A stretch of 64,000 nt of DNA from Octopus sinensis (taxonomy: Eukaryota). The stretch is from assembly GCF_006345805.1 (NCBI RefSeq), contig NC_042999.1:8308001-8372000 (forward strand), given 5' to 3'. The notes beneath the pieces were generated by a model. The model worked only from the letters and a program-made list of their open reading frames with translations. It had not been told where the DNA came from and searched no databases. The first letter of the stretch is position 1, and the number at the start of each line of letters is the position of its first letter. Shown here piece after piece: positions 48,745 through 61,347 of this stretch. The position numbers were made by a program, and so were the translations under genes.

Positions 48745-49150
48745 GTATACCATCTCTCCAATTCTGTGGAACTCGTGAGCCATTCCATACATTAGCAATT
48801 TCTATAGCTACATGATCTCTCATTATATTCCCATCATAATTAATATCCCCAGTCGATATAACCATCAGATTCTGAGATTCTTGTTTTTCCCAAGTTAAAC
48901 TGTTTTAATGACAAATTTTGACTTCCTCTCTTTCGGTTATTTTCCATTTCTTCAATATCAGGAATCTGTGGTTGGTCTTCTTTGACTTTTGGTTTGTTGT
49001 TGATGAGTTGAGCAAACGATCGATGGAATTCTTCATCCCATCTCTTCAGAATATTTTCAGTATCATTGATTAATCTTTTTGTTACATTTCTTTTGAAATA
49101 TAATGTCTTTAATAAACTTTGAAAATAACAAAGATTTTAGTAAAACACCT
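48745..49150 (-). mobile_element. LINE fragment (RTE-like linker and RT N-terminus), degenerate
   Basis: LINDTENILKRWDEEF...QIPDIEEME and IANVWNGSRVPQNWRDGI (W-x4-VP-x-x-W motif). Confidence 0.72.
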
Positions 49151-49164
49151 TTGTCATTTCGTTT

Positions 49165-49350
49165 TAGGATTTGGTTTGCAAGGTTCTTTATATGAGATCG
49201 TGTGTTGAAGCATATTCTGTTGTGTCTGGGGAGAGTAATTCTCTTTTGGTGCCTTATAATTTAACACACTCACCGGTAGATTTCCACTTTTTTAAAATTT
49301 TTCTAAAATTTCCGTTGCATCTTGCAACCTTTTCAATAGTCTTGACTCTG
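49165..49350. repeat. Copy of the repeat that forms the 15717-15991 foldback
   Basis: gtgtgttgaagcatattctgttgtgtctggggagag...ccttataatttaacacactcacc...caaccttttcaatagt. Confidence 0.75.
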
Positions 49351-49429
49351 CCCATTACTCGCACTGCGTTACTTTTTGTTTGTTTGTGCGCATGTGTGTG
49401 GGTCAGTGTGTGTGTGGGTGTGCATATAC

Positions 49430-49745
49430 ATGCATGTGTGTATGTATGTATGTATGTATGTATGTATGTATGTATGTTTGTATGTATGTATGTATGTATG
49501 TATGTATGTATGTATTTATGTATGTATGTATTTATGTATGTATGTATGTATGTATGTATGTATGTTTGTATGTGTGTATGTATGTATATATGTATGTATT
49601 GTATGTATGTTTGTATGTATGTATGTTTGTATGTATGTATTGTATGTATGTTTGTATGTATGTATGTATGTATGTATGTATGTATGTATGTATGTATGTA
49701 TGTATGTATGTATGTATGTATGTGTATGTATGTATGTGTGCATAT
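49430..49745. repeat. (TATG)n microsatellite
   Basis: Direct reading. Confidence 0.95.
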
Positions 49746-49932
49746 GTATCTATTTATGTGTGTACATTTGTATGTATGTATTCTGCATATTTATGTGTGT
49801 GCATGTGCATTTAGATATGTGTGTGTGTGTACCTCTGTCTCCTTGTGTCTGCATGTTTGAGTGTGTGTGTGTGTGTTTTGCAACTATAAGCTGGTATTTG
49901 GTAGACTTTGTTGATGTGGCCTGGATTGGAAC

Positions 49933-50289
49933 CTTGCCATAATAATTGGAACATAAACTGGCTTCAGGTTTTGGCCCCAAACTAGCAATTCTGAGGAAGG
50001 GTAAATCAAGCTGAGAATTTATTTTGGAATCATTTTTATGAAAGACCTCTTGAATATCTGTAGGTATACTCAACCACCTCATGTGTTCTTCAATGCCCTC
50101 AGTTCTTTCTGCTTCAATAATTCCTCTATCTTCAAACTGAGGATAGAACAGTTCCTGGTATAATTTGGCATCCAATCTTGAGTTATTTCCATCAAACCAG
50201 CATTGAGGACTTCTCAGAGACCCAGAATTATCTTGCAGTTTTTTTGTGAAAAATCTAGCAAATTCATTCCCTGGAGGTTTATGGCTAGA
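49933..50289 (-). CDS. Candidate host-gene exon (119 codons, SSHKPPGNEFARFF...SNYYGK)
   Basis: Acceptor ttttgctctcag; only one frame is open; complex composition. The donor AAG|GTTCCA is weak. Confidence 0.35.
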
Positions 50290-50898
50290 CTGAGAGCAAA
50301 ACATTTATGCTACATTTGCCTTGTCTTGGGTTTTGGGACCTGCAAATGTGTGTGTGTGTAGATGGGGTATCGTAGTTGTTTGTTGTCTCTTGAATATGTG
50401 GTGCTTCCATTGTTACAATAATGACTAAAACCAAGGCAAAGCCCCCCACCCCCCTCATCTGGGAGGGGAGAGAAGTATTGAAATGGGGGGAGGCGGTGAC
50501 TTCGTACCAATTGAGGGGTTAACAGTACAGAGGGACAGAGAAAACAAGTGTGTTGCTGTGAATGCTTAGATTGCCCTGCTGGAAGGGAGGGACACACACA
50601 TCAACTACTGCTGCTGCTACTGCTACTGCTGTTACTACTACTACTACTACTACTATTGCTACTGCTGCTGCTACTACTACTACTACTACCACCAGCACCA
50701 CTACAACTACTACTACAACCACCACCACCACTACTACTACTACAACCTCCACCACCACCATCACCACTACTACTACTACTGCTACTACTACTACTACTAC
50801 TTCTACTACTACTACAGTAGCAGTATAAGTAAAATCACTACAAACTACGGAAAGTGCTTCAACTGATGTTCTTGTGAAATCTTGTTGGCCACCACCAC

Positions 50899-50945
<47 letters not shown>

Positions 50946-51039
50946 CGACAGCAGCAGCAGCAGTGAAGTAAGTACAAAAAAAATACAAATTTCATCAAGG
51001 AAATAGATTTGTGATGAATGTGAAAATAATTAAGATGAC

Positions 51040-51107
51040 ATTAGTTCTGCAGGCAATGGTGACGATGACGGTGATGGTGATGATGATGGTGGTGGTGGTG
51101 GTGGTTA

Positions 51108-51138
<31 letters not shown>

Positions 51139-51308
51139 GACAATGATAACAACGATGATGAGGACGACGACGATGATGATGACAATGATGATGACGATGA
51201 TGATGATGTTGTTGATGATGATGATGATGATAATGATGATGACGATGATGATGATGTTGTTGATGATGATGATGATGACAATGATGATGACGATGATGAT
51301 GATGTTGT

Positions 51309-51354
<46 letters not shown>

Positions 51355-51630
51355 AACAACGATGATGAGGACGACGACGATGAGGACGACGACGATGATG
51401 ACGACGACGATGATGATGACAATGATGATGACAATGATGATGATGATGATGATGACGATGATGATGATGTTGTTGATGATGATGATGATGATAATGACGA
51501 TGATGATGATGATGATGGTGATGACGATGATGATGATGATGATGATGATGGCCATGATGACAATGATGACGATGATGATGATGGTGATGATGATGATGGT
51601 GACAAGGATGATGCCATTGGGAAAAGCAAC

Positions 51631-51663
<33 letters not shown>

Positions 51664-51667
51664 GGTT

Positions 51668-51717
<50 letters not shown>

Positions 51718-52160
51718 GACAATGATAACAACGATGATGAGGACGACGACGATGATGACGACGACGATGATGACAATGATGATGATGATGATGACGATGA
51801 TGATGTTGATGATGATGATGATGATGATGATAATGACGATGATGATGATGATGATGATGATGATGGTGATGGTGATGATGATGATGATGATGGCGATGAT
51901 GACAATGATAACAACGATGATGAGGATGACGACAATGATGACGACGACGATGATGATGACAATGATGATGACAATGATGATGATGATGATGATGACGATG
52001 ATGATGATGTTGTTGATGATGATGATGATGATAATGACGATGATGATGATGATGATGGTGATGACGATGATGATGATGATGATGATGATGGCCATGATGA
52101 CAATGATGACGATGATGATGACGACAATGATGATGATGGCGATGATGATGATAATGATGG
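51040..52160. repeat. (GAT)n-rich compound microsatellite with duplicated cassettes
   Basis: Cassettes such as gcgatgatgacaatgataacaacg recur at about 51131, 51709 and 51893. Confidence 0.92.
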
Positions 52161-52499
52161 TAAATGATTCCTGTTGCCGCAACCAGCCATGTTTATTTAG
52201 GAGGCCATCTTAGCACAATCTTTTCTAACCTTTTCTTCACCAAGAAACCTCTTCACGTAAATCAATTTCACTTGACTCAGATTTGGTTTTATTCCGGGTA
52301 CAATTTATGTGGGGTAGCAGGTTACTACCTGTAACCTTAGATATCCATAAGCTATTGATAATCTTTCCTGTCCCCGAGAAGCAAACTTCTCTGCTGGACA
52401 TTCTATTCTAATCACCTTCAACTATTTGTCTATATATTTACTTACAGTTCTAATCGCACCAATTATTACAGACGTAAACCTTTACAATTTTCATATATA

Positions 52500-52723
52500 T
52501 ATCGATAAAAAATGTGGTAATAGTACCAATAATTGTCAGAGCCCTATGGACAGTGAGCAAAAAATCTCGAGAAGTATTGAATTGCTTGGAACTGCAATAA
52601 TTCTTCACAGGGTTCTTGAAGCTTGACCAGTAAACAAGTGTCACCTTGGTCTACTGGCTGTGGACGACTGGACACTTTCCATCAAAGCCAGCAAAATAAG
52701 CTGTGAAATTTCATATAATAATA

Positions 52724-52796
<73 letters not shown>

Positions 52797-52900
52797 TGGC
52801 ACCCACGTAATAATACCAACTTGAACCTCTAATGTGTTGTCTTTTGAGGTCTCTGGATGAGACTTGGAGTCAACCAAAAGCCAAACATAATGATAATAAT
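52500..52900 (+). mobile_element. R4/Dong-type 3' remnants around (TAA)n
   Basis: VVIVPIIVRAL...LLGTAIILHRVLEA*; a second 3' UTR piece with gtctc-tggat-gagac at about 52850. Confidence 0.6.
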
Positions 52901-53830
52901 AATAATAATGATACATTTTGGATACATTTTATTAGTGTTTTATTATGGTCAAACTTTATAACATATAATAATAATAATAATAATAATAATATAATAATAA
53001 TGATAATAATAAAGCAATTATTGTGTATAGTGCTCAGGTGACACTACAACATGAAGTATATAAGATATAATAAATTGAAAAGAACTGAGATATTTTTGCA
53101 ATATCAATAAGTTTAATAATACATTAAGAATTCATCAAGAATGGTCAATAATTTTCTTTTTATTTTGATTTGCAACTTTTGTTACCATGTTTCTTTTGAA
53201 ATACACTGTGCCTGTGTTTCAATTAAGTTGGAGAAATAATAAAGAATTTAGTAAAATAGCTTTGTCATAATGAAGCTGGTGTTTGAAACATATTAAATAT
53301 GTAATTTTGATGGGAGGTTTTAATTTCAATCATTTTAAAGTAAGAAGCGTTTTATCATAGAAGGAGGGAGAATCTCAGGTGTGTTCATATCAAAAGAGTT
53401 ACAACAACCGGAAAATACAAAGATATTAAGCTTTTAGAGAGTGAAAGCAGAAAATGGTGTGATGCTTTCATGGCATTATCAATGTTAATTAGAAAAAGTT
53501 TCACCAAGGAATCAAAACTGAATTTTGGAATTATTGCATTGGGAAATTAACCATTGTTCTTTGGTGCTTAGATTTTCACAAGGTTTCTTCAAATTTGTAA
53601 CAGAGATGGAATGGAGTGTTGTGATGTTCACATCATTCTCAAAGAAATTTAAGGAATTTGCAATTTGAATTGAAATTCACGGAGTGAATACATGGCTTTG
53701 TGGTTAAGAATTTTGTTTTTGCAACTGCATGGTTTGAGGTCGCCACACAGCAGCTCAAAGAAGTAATATTGTCCGACATATTGTATAGGAAATTTAGTAG
53801 ATGGAAATAATGTGGAAGCCCACTATATAC

Positions 53831-53875
<45 letters not shown>

Positions 53876-54861
53876 ATTATACAGAGTAAGTTAAATTTAA
53901 TTGCATGATATATAACCAGTGTTTAGAATCTCCATGTGCATTCTTATACAACAAAAGATAACTCAGATTTCAGTTCCTGTTTCATTTCATTGGTCTCCCT
54001 AGAAAAATCACAGAGTACATGTCGGAAAAAAAAATGCAACAGGACAGTCTGTTTATAAACTATTTTGTCACATAATCTTGCCTAGGTTTCATTAATAATA
54101 ATTATAATGAACATTATGTAAAGTCGTTTAAAGTTATACGCAGATAACACTAAGAAATCTTCAGAGATTGTGTAACACCTATAATATATATCAATGCAAG
54201 ATGAGAACTGGTGTATTTGAACGGAAAGACACTGCAATATTAATGTCTGACTGAGTAATCTCTCATTATTTCAATGACTGCTTTGTACTTTACATCTTCT
54301 GCAAGTCCTCAAATGAGTACAAAAGTACTGGATTCAATCCAATCAGTCAAAGCCCCCCCCCCCCAGCATTGCCAAAACCAGACAAAGAAGAATATAAAAA
54401 AGAAAATAGAACTACGAATCAAAAGCGGGTCAAAAAATTGCCTATTGGTGATTATTTATATATTTATTCTACAACACTTTCCTAAATAATTACAGAATTA
54501 TTGGAAATCAATTTTAATCAAGGAGGTTTTTTATAATATTTATTTTACTTTTTCTCTTTTTTTTTTCCTTATTTAAAGTTGTTTCTATTTAATAGAAAAA
54601 TTGAAAACAAATTTGAAAATTATATTGTTGTTGTTATAATTGTTTTTCTTCTCACAACTCCCATTAGTTATGATGCTGGTTGGATAAGCTTTTCACTTGG
54701 CAGCTGGTGTATTTCTCAATTAATCTATCAGCGTATTGCCTCTGTTCTGTGGTCAGCTTTGTTGGAGAATTTCTGAAACAATATACACAATAAACAGCAT
54801 CTACATCACTAGCATCATCATCATCATCACCACCACCACCACCACCACCACCACCACCACC

Positions 54862-54895
<34 letters not shown>

Positions 54896-57800
54896 TCGAC
54901 ATCACCACTACCATCACCACCACCGCTACCAACACCACCAGTGTCATCATTGCTGTCGTTGTCATCGTCGTCGTTGTCATTGGCAACAACGACAACAACA
55001 ACAACCAAACAGCAGCAGCAACAGCAGCAACAAAAGGAACAAAAATATCAATTGGTGAAACAAATCTGAAAGTATTTTCAAAAAATTTACTTTTCGAAAA
55101 TTTAATTATTTTTTTTTTTTTTCTGATAACAGTTTTGCTTGTGGTAAATTGATTCTTTTCTGTTCTGTGAAATGTGTGTGTGTCTGTGTGTGTGTGTGCG
55201 TGTGTGTGTGTGTTGTGTGTGTGTTTGTGTGTTTTCTTGTGTGCATATGTGCGTTTGTGTGTGTGTGTGAGTTTATGTGTGTTTGTGTGTTTATTTGTCT
55301 GTGTTTGTGTGTTTTCTTTTGTGCGTCTATGCGTTTGTGTGTTTGTGCATTTATGTGTGTATTTATGTATATATGCATACATGTATACACACATACACAC
55401 ATACAAATGTACATACATACATATATACATGCGTACATTTATATATAATATATACATCTATGCCTGTATGTGTGCTCATGTGGATGGGTTTATAATGTGT
55501 AATTATTTGTCTGGGAAAGAGTGGTAGCCATGTTGAGTAGCGGTCACCCTAGACTGAGGGGTGGAGTCGGAATAAAGGGGCCAGACTGGCGTTGCTGATG
55601 TTGAATTTGAAATATTGTGGGGCAGCAGGAAGAAGGAAGATGGGAAAAGAAAATGAATTGGAAAGAAATCCAGTTTTGAGAAGAAAGTCTTGAGTAAAAT
55701 GTGGTGCTGTCTATGGTCTATAGGAATGGATTAGGAATGGATTAGGAACGGATTAGGAATGGATATGGTTGACAGAGTAAGCAAGTTCATAGAAATACGT
55801 ACCATTATATTAGTGTTAGAAAACAAAGAAGAAAAGGTAAAAAAGGATATTGGGGCAATGAACGTAGGAGAGTCCAGCAGTTTCCTTTTATAGAATTGTT
55901 GCAGCATAGAATAAACAAACCGTTTCAAGAGACGTAGCCAAGTTGCAAATTTAGGGGAAGCGAACACACGAAAAAGGGGCTAAGACATATACCGAACGAT
56001 TTTTAACTCATTTTTCTTATATTATGTGAAGTATTTCGTTAGTTGTAATATATGTAATTGTAGTTTCTCCATTAATTAATTTCATGTTTCAGTAACGATA
56101 TCATTATGAATGTTATTCTTAATTACTGATAGAGGTGTGACGTGAAAAAGATGAAACCCCACAGGATCGTTCAGTGTCGAGAGGTTATGATGTCAGGGTT
56201 TGTTTTGGTTCTTCAGATGTCAGCGGTCACTAACACATCAAAGGAGATTAAGCAGACAGTTCAAAAAAGACAGGAGGTTAATCAAAGAGATTAACGACTT
56301 CTTCCAAAGTCATGCAATTAGCAAAAGAAGTGATTCAACTTTTATCGCATATGTGAAATAAAGAGTTTAAAAAATTGTTGAAAAGGGGTCAATTTTGTAA
56401 AATGCATTTAGCAGGAAGGGAGCTTGTTCCCCTTGCTCCCCTATTAGCTATGCCACTGCTTGTTTCAGTTGTTAACTGTCAGGATGCTGTATCTTCCAAA
56501 TATTCATTGCTTCCTTAAATTTTCTATCACTAAACATAGACAATGTCTATGGTGGTGATGTTGGTCCAAAAACCAAGGTCAATTATTCCGTGGAAAGCTG
56601 ATGGGTCCTTTGCTTTTTGTGGCCCTTTTACAGTTTATTGTTCTGTGGTTTTCGTGCTTGATTCTGTGTACTGTGTGTCAATACATGAGCAAAAAGAAAA
56701 AAAAAAGGGAATGAGAGGGGTTTAACTGGATGTTGGCATCCAACAATGCAAAGTCTAATAATAGCATTGAAGTACATAAATTTAGTTCATAAGGCTTTTG
56801 TGAAACTGATGATGATGATGATGAGGAGGAGGAGGAGGACGATCACGACGATGACAGTGATGATGATAATGAAAAGGAGGACGATGATGATGATGATGAC
56901 AACAATGATGACGACGACAATGATGATGATGACAACAATGATGAGGATGATGATGCTGATGATGATACAATAATGATGATGACAACGATGGCTGACTTTC
57001 GAAAATGGGGAAGAGAAGAAACATAATGTTGTGTTCCCTTTGTAATGATTATGGAACAGTCCAAATTACGATTTTTCCATTGGTGAAGGAGTGCATCCTT
57101 AGATTCGTCTTCTTTGGGTGAAGAACAAACAAGGTAACAAAAATGGCCAAAAGTAAAGAGTTAAGAGTATTTGTGAGAGACAAGATTGGATAATTGGTTG
57201 GCTTCACTCATTTGAAATTTGGTTTCCGAACCTGAAAAATGGTGACTTTCATTGGAAAGATTTTAAATAGAGGTGTTAAATATTCGTTTTTTTAAAAAAT
57301 TGTTTCAGCAATAAAGCCGTGGCCATGCTGGGGCACCAATGGAAATTCCAGAAACATTTTCTGGAACTAATTATTGGCACCAACCTATTTCACCACAAAT
57401 CCTTATCCTCACAGCATTTATTTTGACTTCAAGTTTTGGTGAGCAAGACATGTCTGCAAGTCTTCAAGACAAGTCTTTGACTGGCATCAAACATTTGGCA
57501 TTTCAAAGATTGTGATGCATCCTAGCTTTGTGACAAGTTACAGGAGATGGATGCTAGCCAACACAGCAGCTAATGATCCTAGTGTAGAGGTAAACGGACT
57601 GGAAAGGAGTACAAAATGTTAAATGTTGCTATCAATTATCAATAATTAAATAAAATCAATATTGCTTTTCATCCATGTGGTTTCAAGTTCAATCCCACTG
57701 CATGGCACCTTGAGAAATTGTCTTAGACAGACCCAGGCCAACTAATGCTTTGGTAGGGGTGAATTTGGTAGATAGAAGCTGGGTGGAAACCTGCCATGTG

Positions 57801-58764
57801 TGTGTGTGCATGTATATATAGGCACAAGTGTGGAAATGGGCTGTGTGGTAGGAAGCTTGGTTCCCAACCACATGGTTCTGGGTTCAGTCCCACTGCATGG
57901 TGTGTGGCACCAGAATGGATGCTTTTTTTCTGTGGGACCAGAATAGGTGTTTTTCATGTGGCACTGAGATGGGTGCTTTTTATGCAGCACTGGCACAGGT
58001 GTGTGCTTTTAGGTGGCACTGGCACAAATTAGACTTAAAAAGAAAAATAAGTCCCAGGTGTCAATTTGTCTGGCCAAGCCTACCAAGGCAGTGCTCCAGC
58101 CTGGTCTTAGTCCAATGACAGAAATAAGTAAAAGAAAATAAAATAAAACTTGAAATTGAAAAGATGCCAGCTAAATGTAATGGTTTTTAATGGAATAAGT
58201 TCTGGGAATGGTTTTGGTAAAGAAGCACAACCAGAGCAGCAAAGATAAGTTCTTGGTGGGGTGAGTTGAAAAACTTGTTTAAACACCTGGCTACATTTAT
58301 TTTACACTGTTTGTGTCATTAATAATGCATGACAACTCTTGGTGGTCAGAACCCGTTTCAATTCTTCAAAATGTTGTTAATAGAATCAATCAGTCATTAA
58401 AATAAGAATAATTAAGCAGAGAAGAATTTAGAGAGACATGTTTAATGCTTAATTAATTAATTAATTTAACTCAAATACAAATGGAAAATATGGAACTTGC
58501 TAACAGTACAGGTGACAATAATGGTGGAAGTAGCAGTAGTAGTAGTAGTGGTGGTGGAGGTGGTGGTGGCAAAGGTAATAGATGTAGTAGTTGTGGTTGT
58601 AGTAGTAGTAGTTGTAGTAGTAGTCGTGATGGTAGTTGCAGAAGGAGTAGTAGTAGTACTAGAAGCATTGTTGTTGCTGTTGGTTGTTGTTGTTATTGTT
58701 AAGTAGCAAGACGGGTAAGGGTGATTAGGTGATGCCTAGGGCTTAGGGGCAGGAGAACTCAGAC

Positions 58765-58890
58765 CTTGGGGAAAAAAAACTTCGGTCGACTTGTTGTAGT
58801 CAAGGGCTCTTCGTTGACGCCCGACACCACTGGGAGGTGGTCCTCGAAGTCGCTGGAAATGGAAATCTCCAGGGCCAAATTCTTGGACGG
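58765..58890 (-). CDS. Candidate host-gene exon (42 codons, PSKNLALEISISSDFEDHLPVVSGVNEEPL...PK)
   Basis: GC-rich island between microsatellites; CAGCAG acceptor; G/C-ending codons; phase 0/0; donor AAG|GTCTGA is weak. Confidence 0.35.
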
Positions 58891-58914
58891 CTGCTGTTGG
58901 TGGTCGTAGTACCA

Positions 58915-58980
58915 GTTGTAGTAGTAGTAATAGTAGTAGTATTAGTAGTAGTGGTGGTGTTGGTTGTGGTGATGTTTGTG

Positions 58981-59021
<41 letters not shown>

Positions 59022-59370
59022 GGTGGTGGTGGTGGTGGTGGTGGTTGTAGTGATGTTTGTGGTAGTAGTAGTAGTTGTTGTGGTGGTGGTGGTGGTGGTG
59101 GTGGTGGTTGTAGTGTTGTTTGTAGTAGTAGTGGTGGTGGTGGTTGTGGTGGTTGTGGCAGTGGTTGTAGTGGTGGCAGTGGTGGTGGTGATTGTGGTGT
59201 TGTTTGCGATAGTAGTAGTAGTAGTAGAGGTGGTAGTAGTAGTGGTAGTAGAAGTAGTGGTGGTAGTAGTAGTAGTAATATTAGTATTAGTAGTAGTAGT
59301 AATGGTGGTTGTGGTGGTGGCAGTGGTTGTGGTGATTGTGGTGTTGTTTGCGATAGTAGTAGTAGTTGCT
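58915..59370. repeat. (GTA)n/(GTG)n compound microsatellite
   Basis: Direct reading. Confidence 0.9.
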
Positions 59371-59880
59371 AACATTGGTGGTGATGGTGGTGCAAGAGAT
59401 CATAACAGCAGCAGTATGGTGTGTGTGTGTGTGTGTGTAAATGGTGGTTTCTCAGGTGACTGATCTATCTGATACACCAAAATAAGCAAAATGCAAAACT
59501 CGGTTTTAAGCTATTACTAAATAGAAATGTCTTTCAGAAAAGACGACATCTCTTACCTTAGTTTCATAGATTTTTTTTTATTTTTGGTATTTTTTTTTAT
59601 TTTTGGTATTTTTTTTTATTTTTTGTATTTCTATTTTAAATCTTGTAAAATACAGTAGTTACCTATGTTAACGAGATTGAATTAAATGACTTTGAAATAT
59701 TTCAAACACCTGCTTACCACAGACAGATATTTAAGTGAGATTAAATGTGTTCTCATGTTAGGAGAAGACATGTGAATTAGTAATGGACTCACTAACTTCG
59801 CTAATGCTTCTTTACACGTATTTAAGGGGCCCAGGGATTTCTTTGAAACTTAAATAGCTCTGAATCCTTGTTCTACATTA

Positions 59881-60288
59881 CCTGTTTCTTTATTACCCAC
59901 AAGGGGCTAAACACAGAGAGGACAAACAAGGACAGACAAACGGATTAAGTCGACCCCAGTGCGAAACTGGTACTTAATTTATTGACCCTGAAAGGATGAA
60001 AGGCAAAGTCGACCTCGGCGGAATTTGAACTCAGAACGTAAAGACAGAGGAAATACCTATTTCTTTACTACCCACAAGGGGCTAAACACAGAGGGGACAA
60101 ACAAGGACAGACATAGGTATTAAGTCGATTACATCTACCCCAGTGCGTAGCTGGTACTTAATTTATCGACTCCGAAAGGATGAAAGGCAAAGTCGACCTC
60201 GGCGGAATTTGAACTCAACGTAACAGCAGACGAAATACCGCTAAGCATTTCGACCGGCGTTCTAACGATTCTGCCAGCTCACTGCCCT
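59881..60288 (-). mobile_element. Family B SINE dimer
   Basis: Junction gaaatac|ctatttc at 60056/60057. Confidence 0.85.
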
Positions 60289-60843
60289 AGGACTACCTAC
60301 AACCATCACCAAAATACTGCACCATTGGGGTTCACAACTGGACAATTCCCATGGTGTCTAAAGCACCCAAAGCAAAAGACCTGCTGCTGTTGTTGTTGCA
60401 AAGACAGATTTAGATTGCAAAACTGGAACTTCTGGGATAAGTAATTTGAATGGATAAGGATTTGCTAAGAGGGAATAAGTTGAGCGTTGAGTGGAAGTTG
60501 GCCCTGAGTAGTAGAAGGGCAAGGAAACGATGGATGGAAGCTGCATGGTCAGATCTTGGACCATTAAGCTTCATGAAAGAAAATATTAAAGATGGAAACA
60601 TGTAGAACTACAAAGCAAGCTAATGTATTTAGGGAGTGTGATACGGATGGGAAAACCATGATGATGATGATGATGATGAGGAGGAGGAGGAGGATGATGA
60701 TGAGGATGATGATGAGGATGATATCGCTCCTACTGCTGCTATTGTTGCAGATGAAGCTCATAATTTTGATTTTTCTTGTGAGTGTATATTTGCACATGTG
60801 TGTGTGTGTGTGTGCGTGTTTATGTGTGTATGCATGCATATGA

Positions 60844-60871
<28 letters not shown>

Positions 60872-60874
<3 letters not shown>

Positions 60875-61149
60875 CACGTGATCACGTGACCGACCAGTCC
60901 ATCAGATGTAGTTACACATCGCTGGTCACAATGCGTTCGCATTGTTTTAGCCTTCGAATGACACCACCCCGCAGGCCAACAGAAGAAAGAGTGGTGAATG
61001 AGCACAGCAGGGATCACCATCCCCTGTCGGAGCCTCGTGAAACTTTTAGGTGTTTTCGCTCAATAAACACTCACAAAGCCCAGTCTGGGAATCAAAACTG
61101 CGACCCTACAACCGAGAGGCCGCTGCCCTAACCACTAGGCCATTGCACC
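60872..61149 (-). mobile_element. tRNA-derived SINE, family F, with a (CACGTGAT)n tail
   Basis: Minus head gtgcaatggcctagtggttagggcagcgg...gttttgattccc; tail ...ggtcacgtgatcacgtgata. Confidence 0.75.
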
Positions 61150-61243
61150 TCCATATATGTATATATGTATATTTATTTCATATAATATATATACATATGA
61201 ATATACATATATGTATGTATATAAGTATATGTGTGTATATAAG

Positions 61244-61287
<44 letters not shown>

Positions 61288-61347
61288 TGTGTGTGTATGT
61301 GTGTGTGTGTGTGTGTGTGGTTAAATGATGCATATTTTTAATCTTAC

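Noticed and set aside
50995-52213. Poly-Ile, poly-Met and poly-Ser ORFs (also poly-Thr/Val/His at 25142-25788, 39747-40500 and 58800-59463)
   Set aside because: Trinucleotide microsatellites are open in several frames on both strands.
55731-55967. 78-aa minus ORF, possibly a LINE fragment
   Set aside because: No diagnostic motif was recognised.
60358-60568. Phase-2 exon linking the large exon to downstream candidates
   Set aside because: The frame is compatible, but the acceptor (catgaag) is weak and there is no convincing phase-0 donor.
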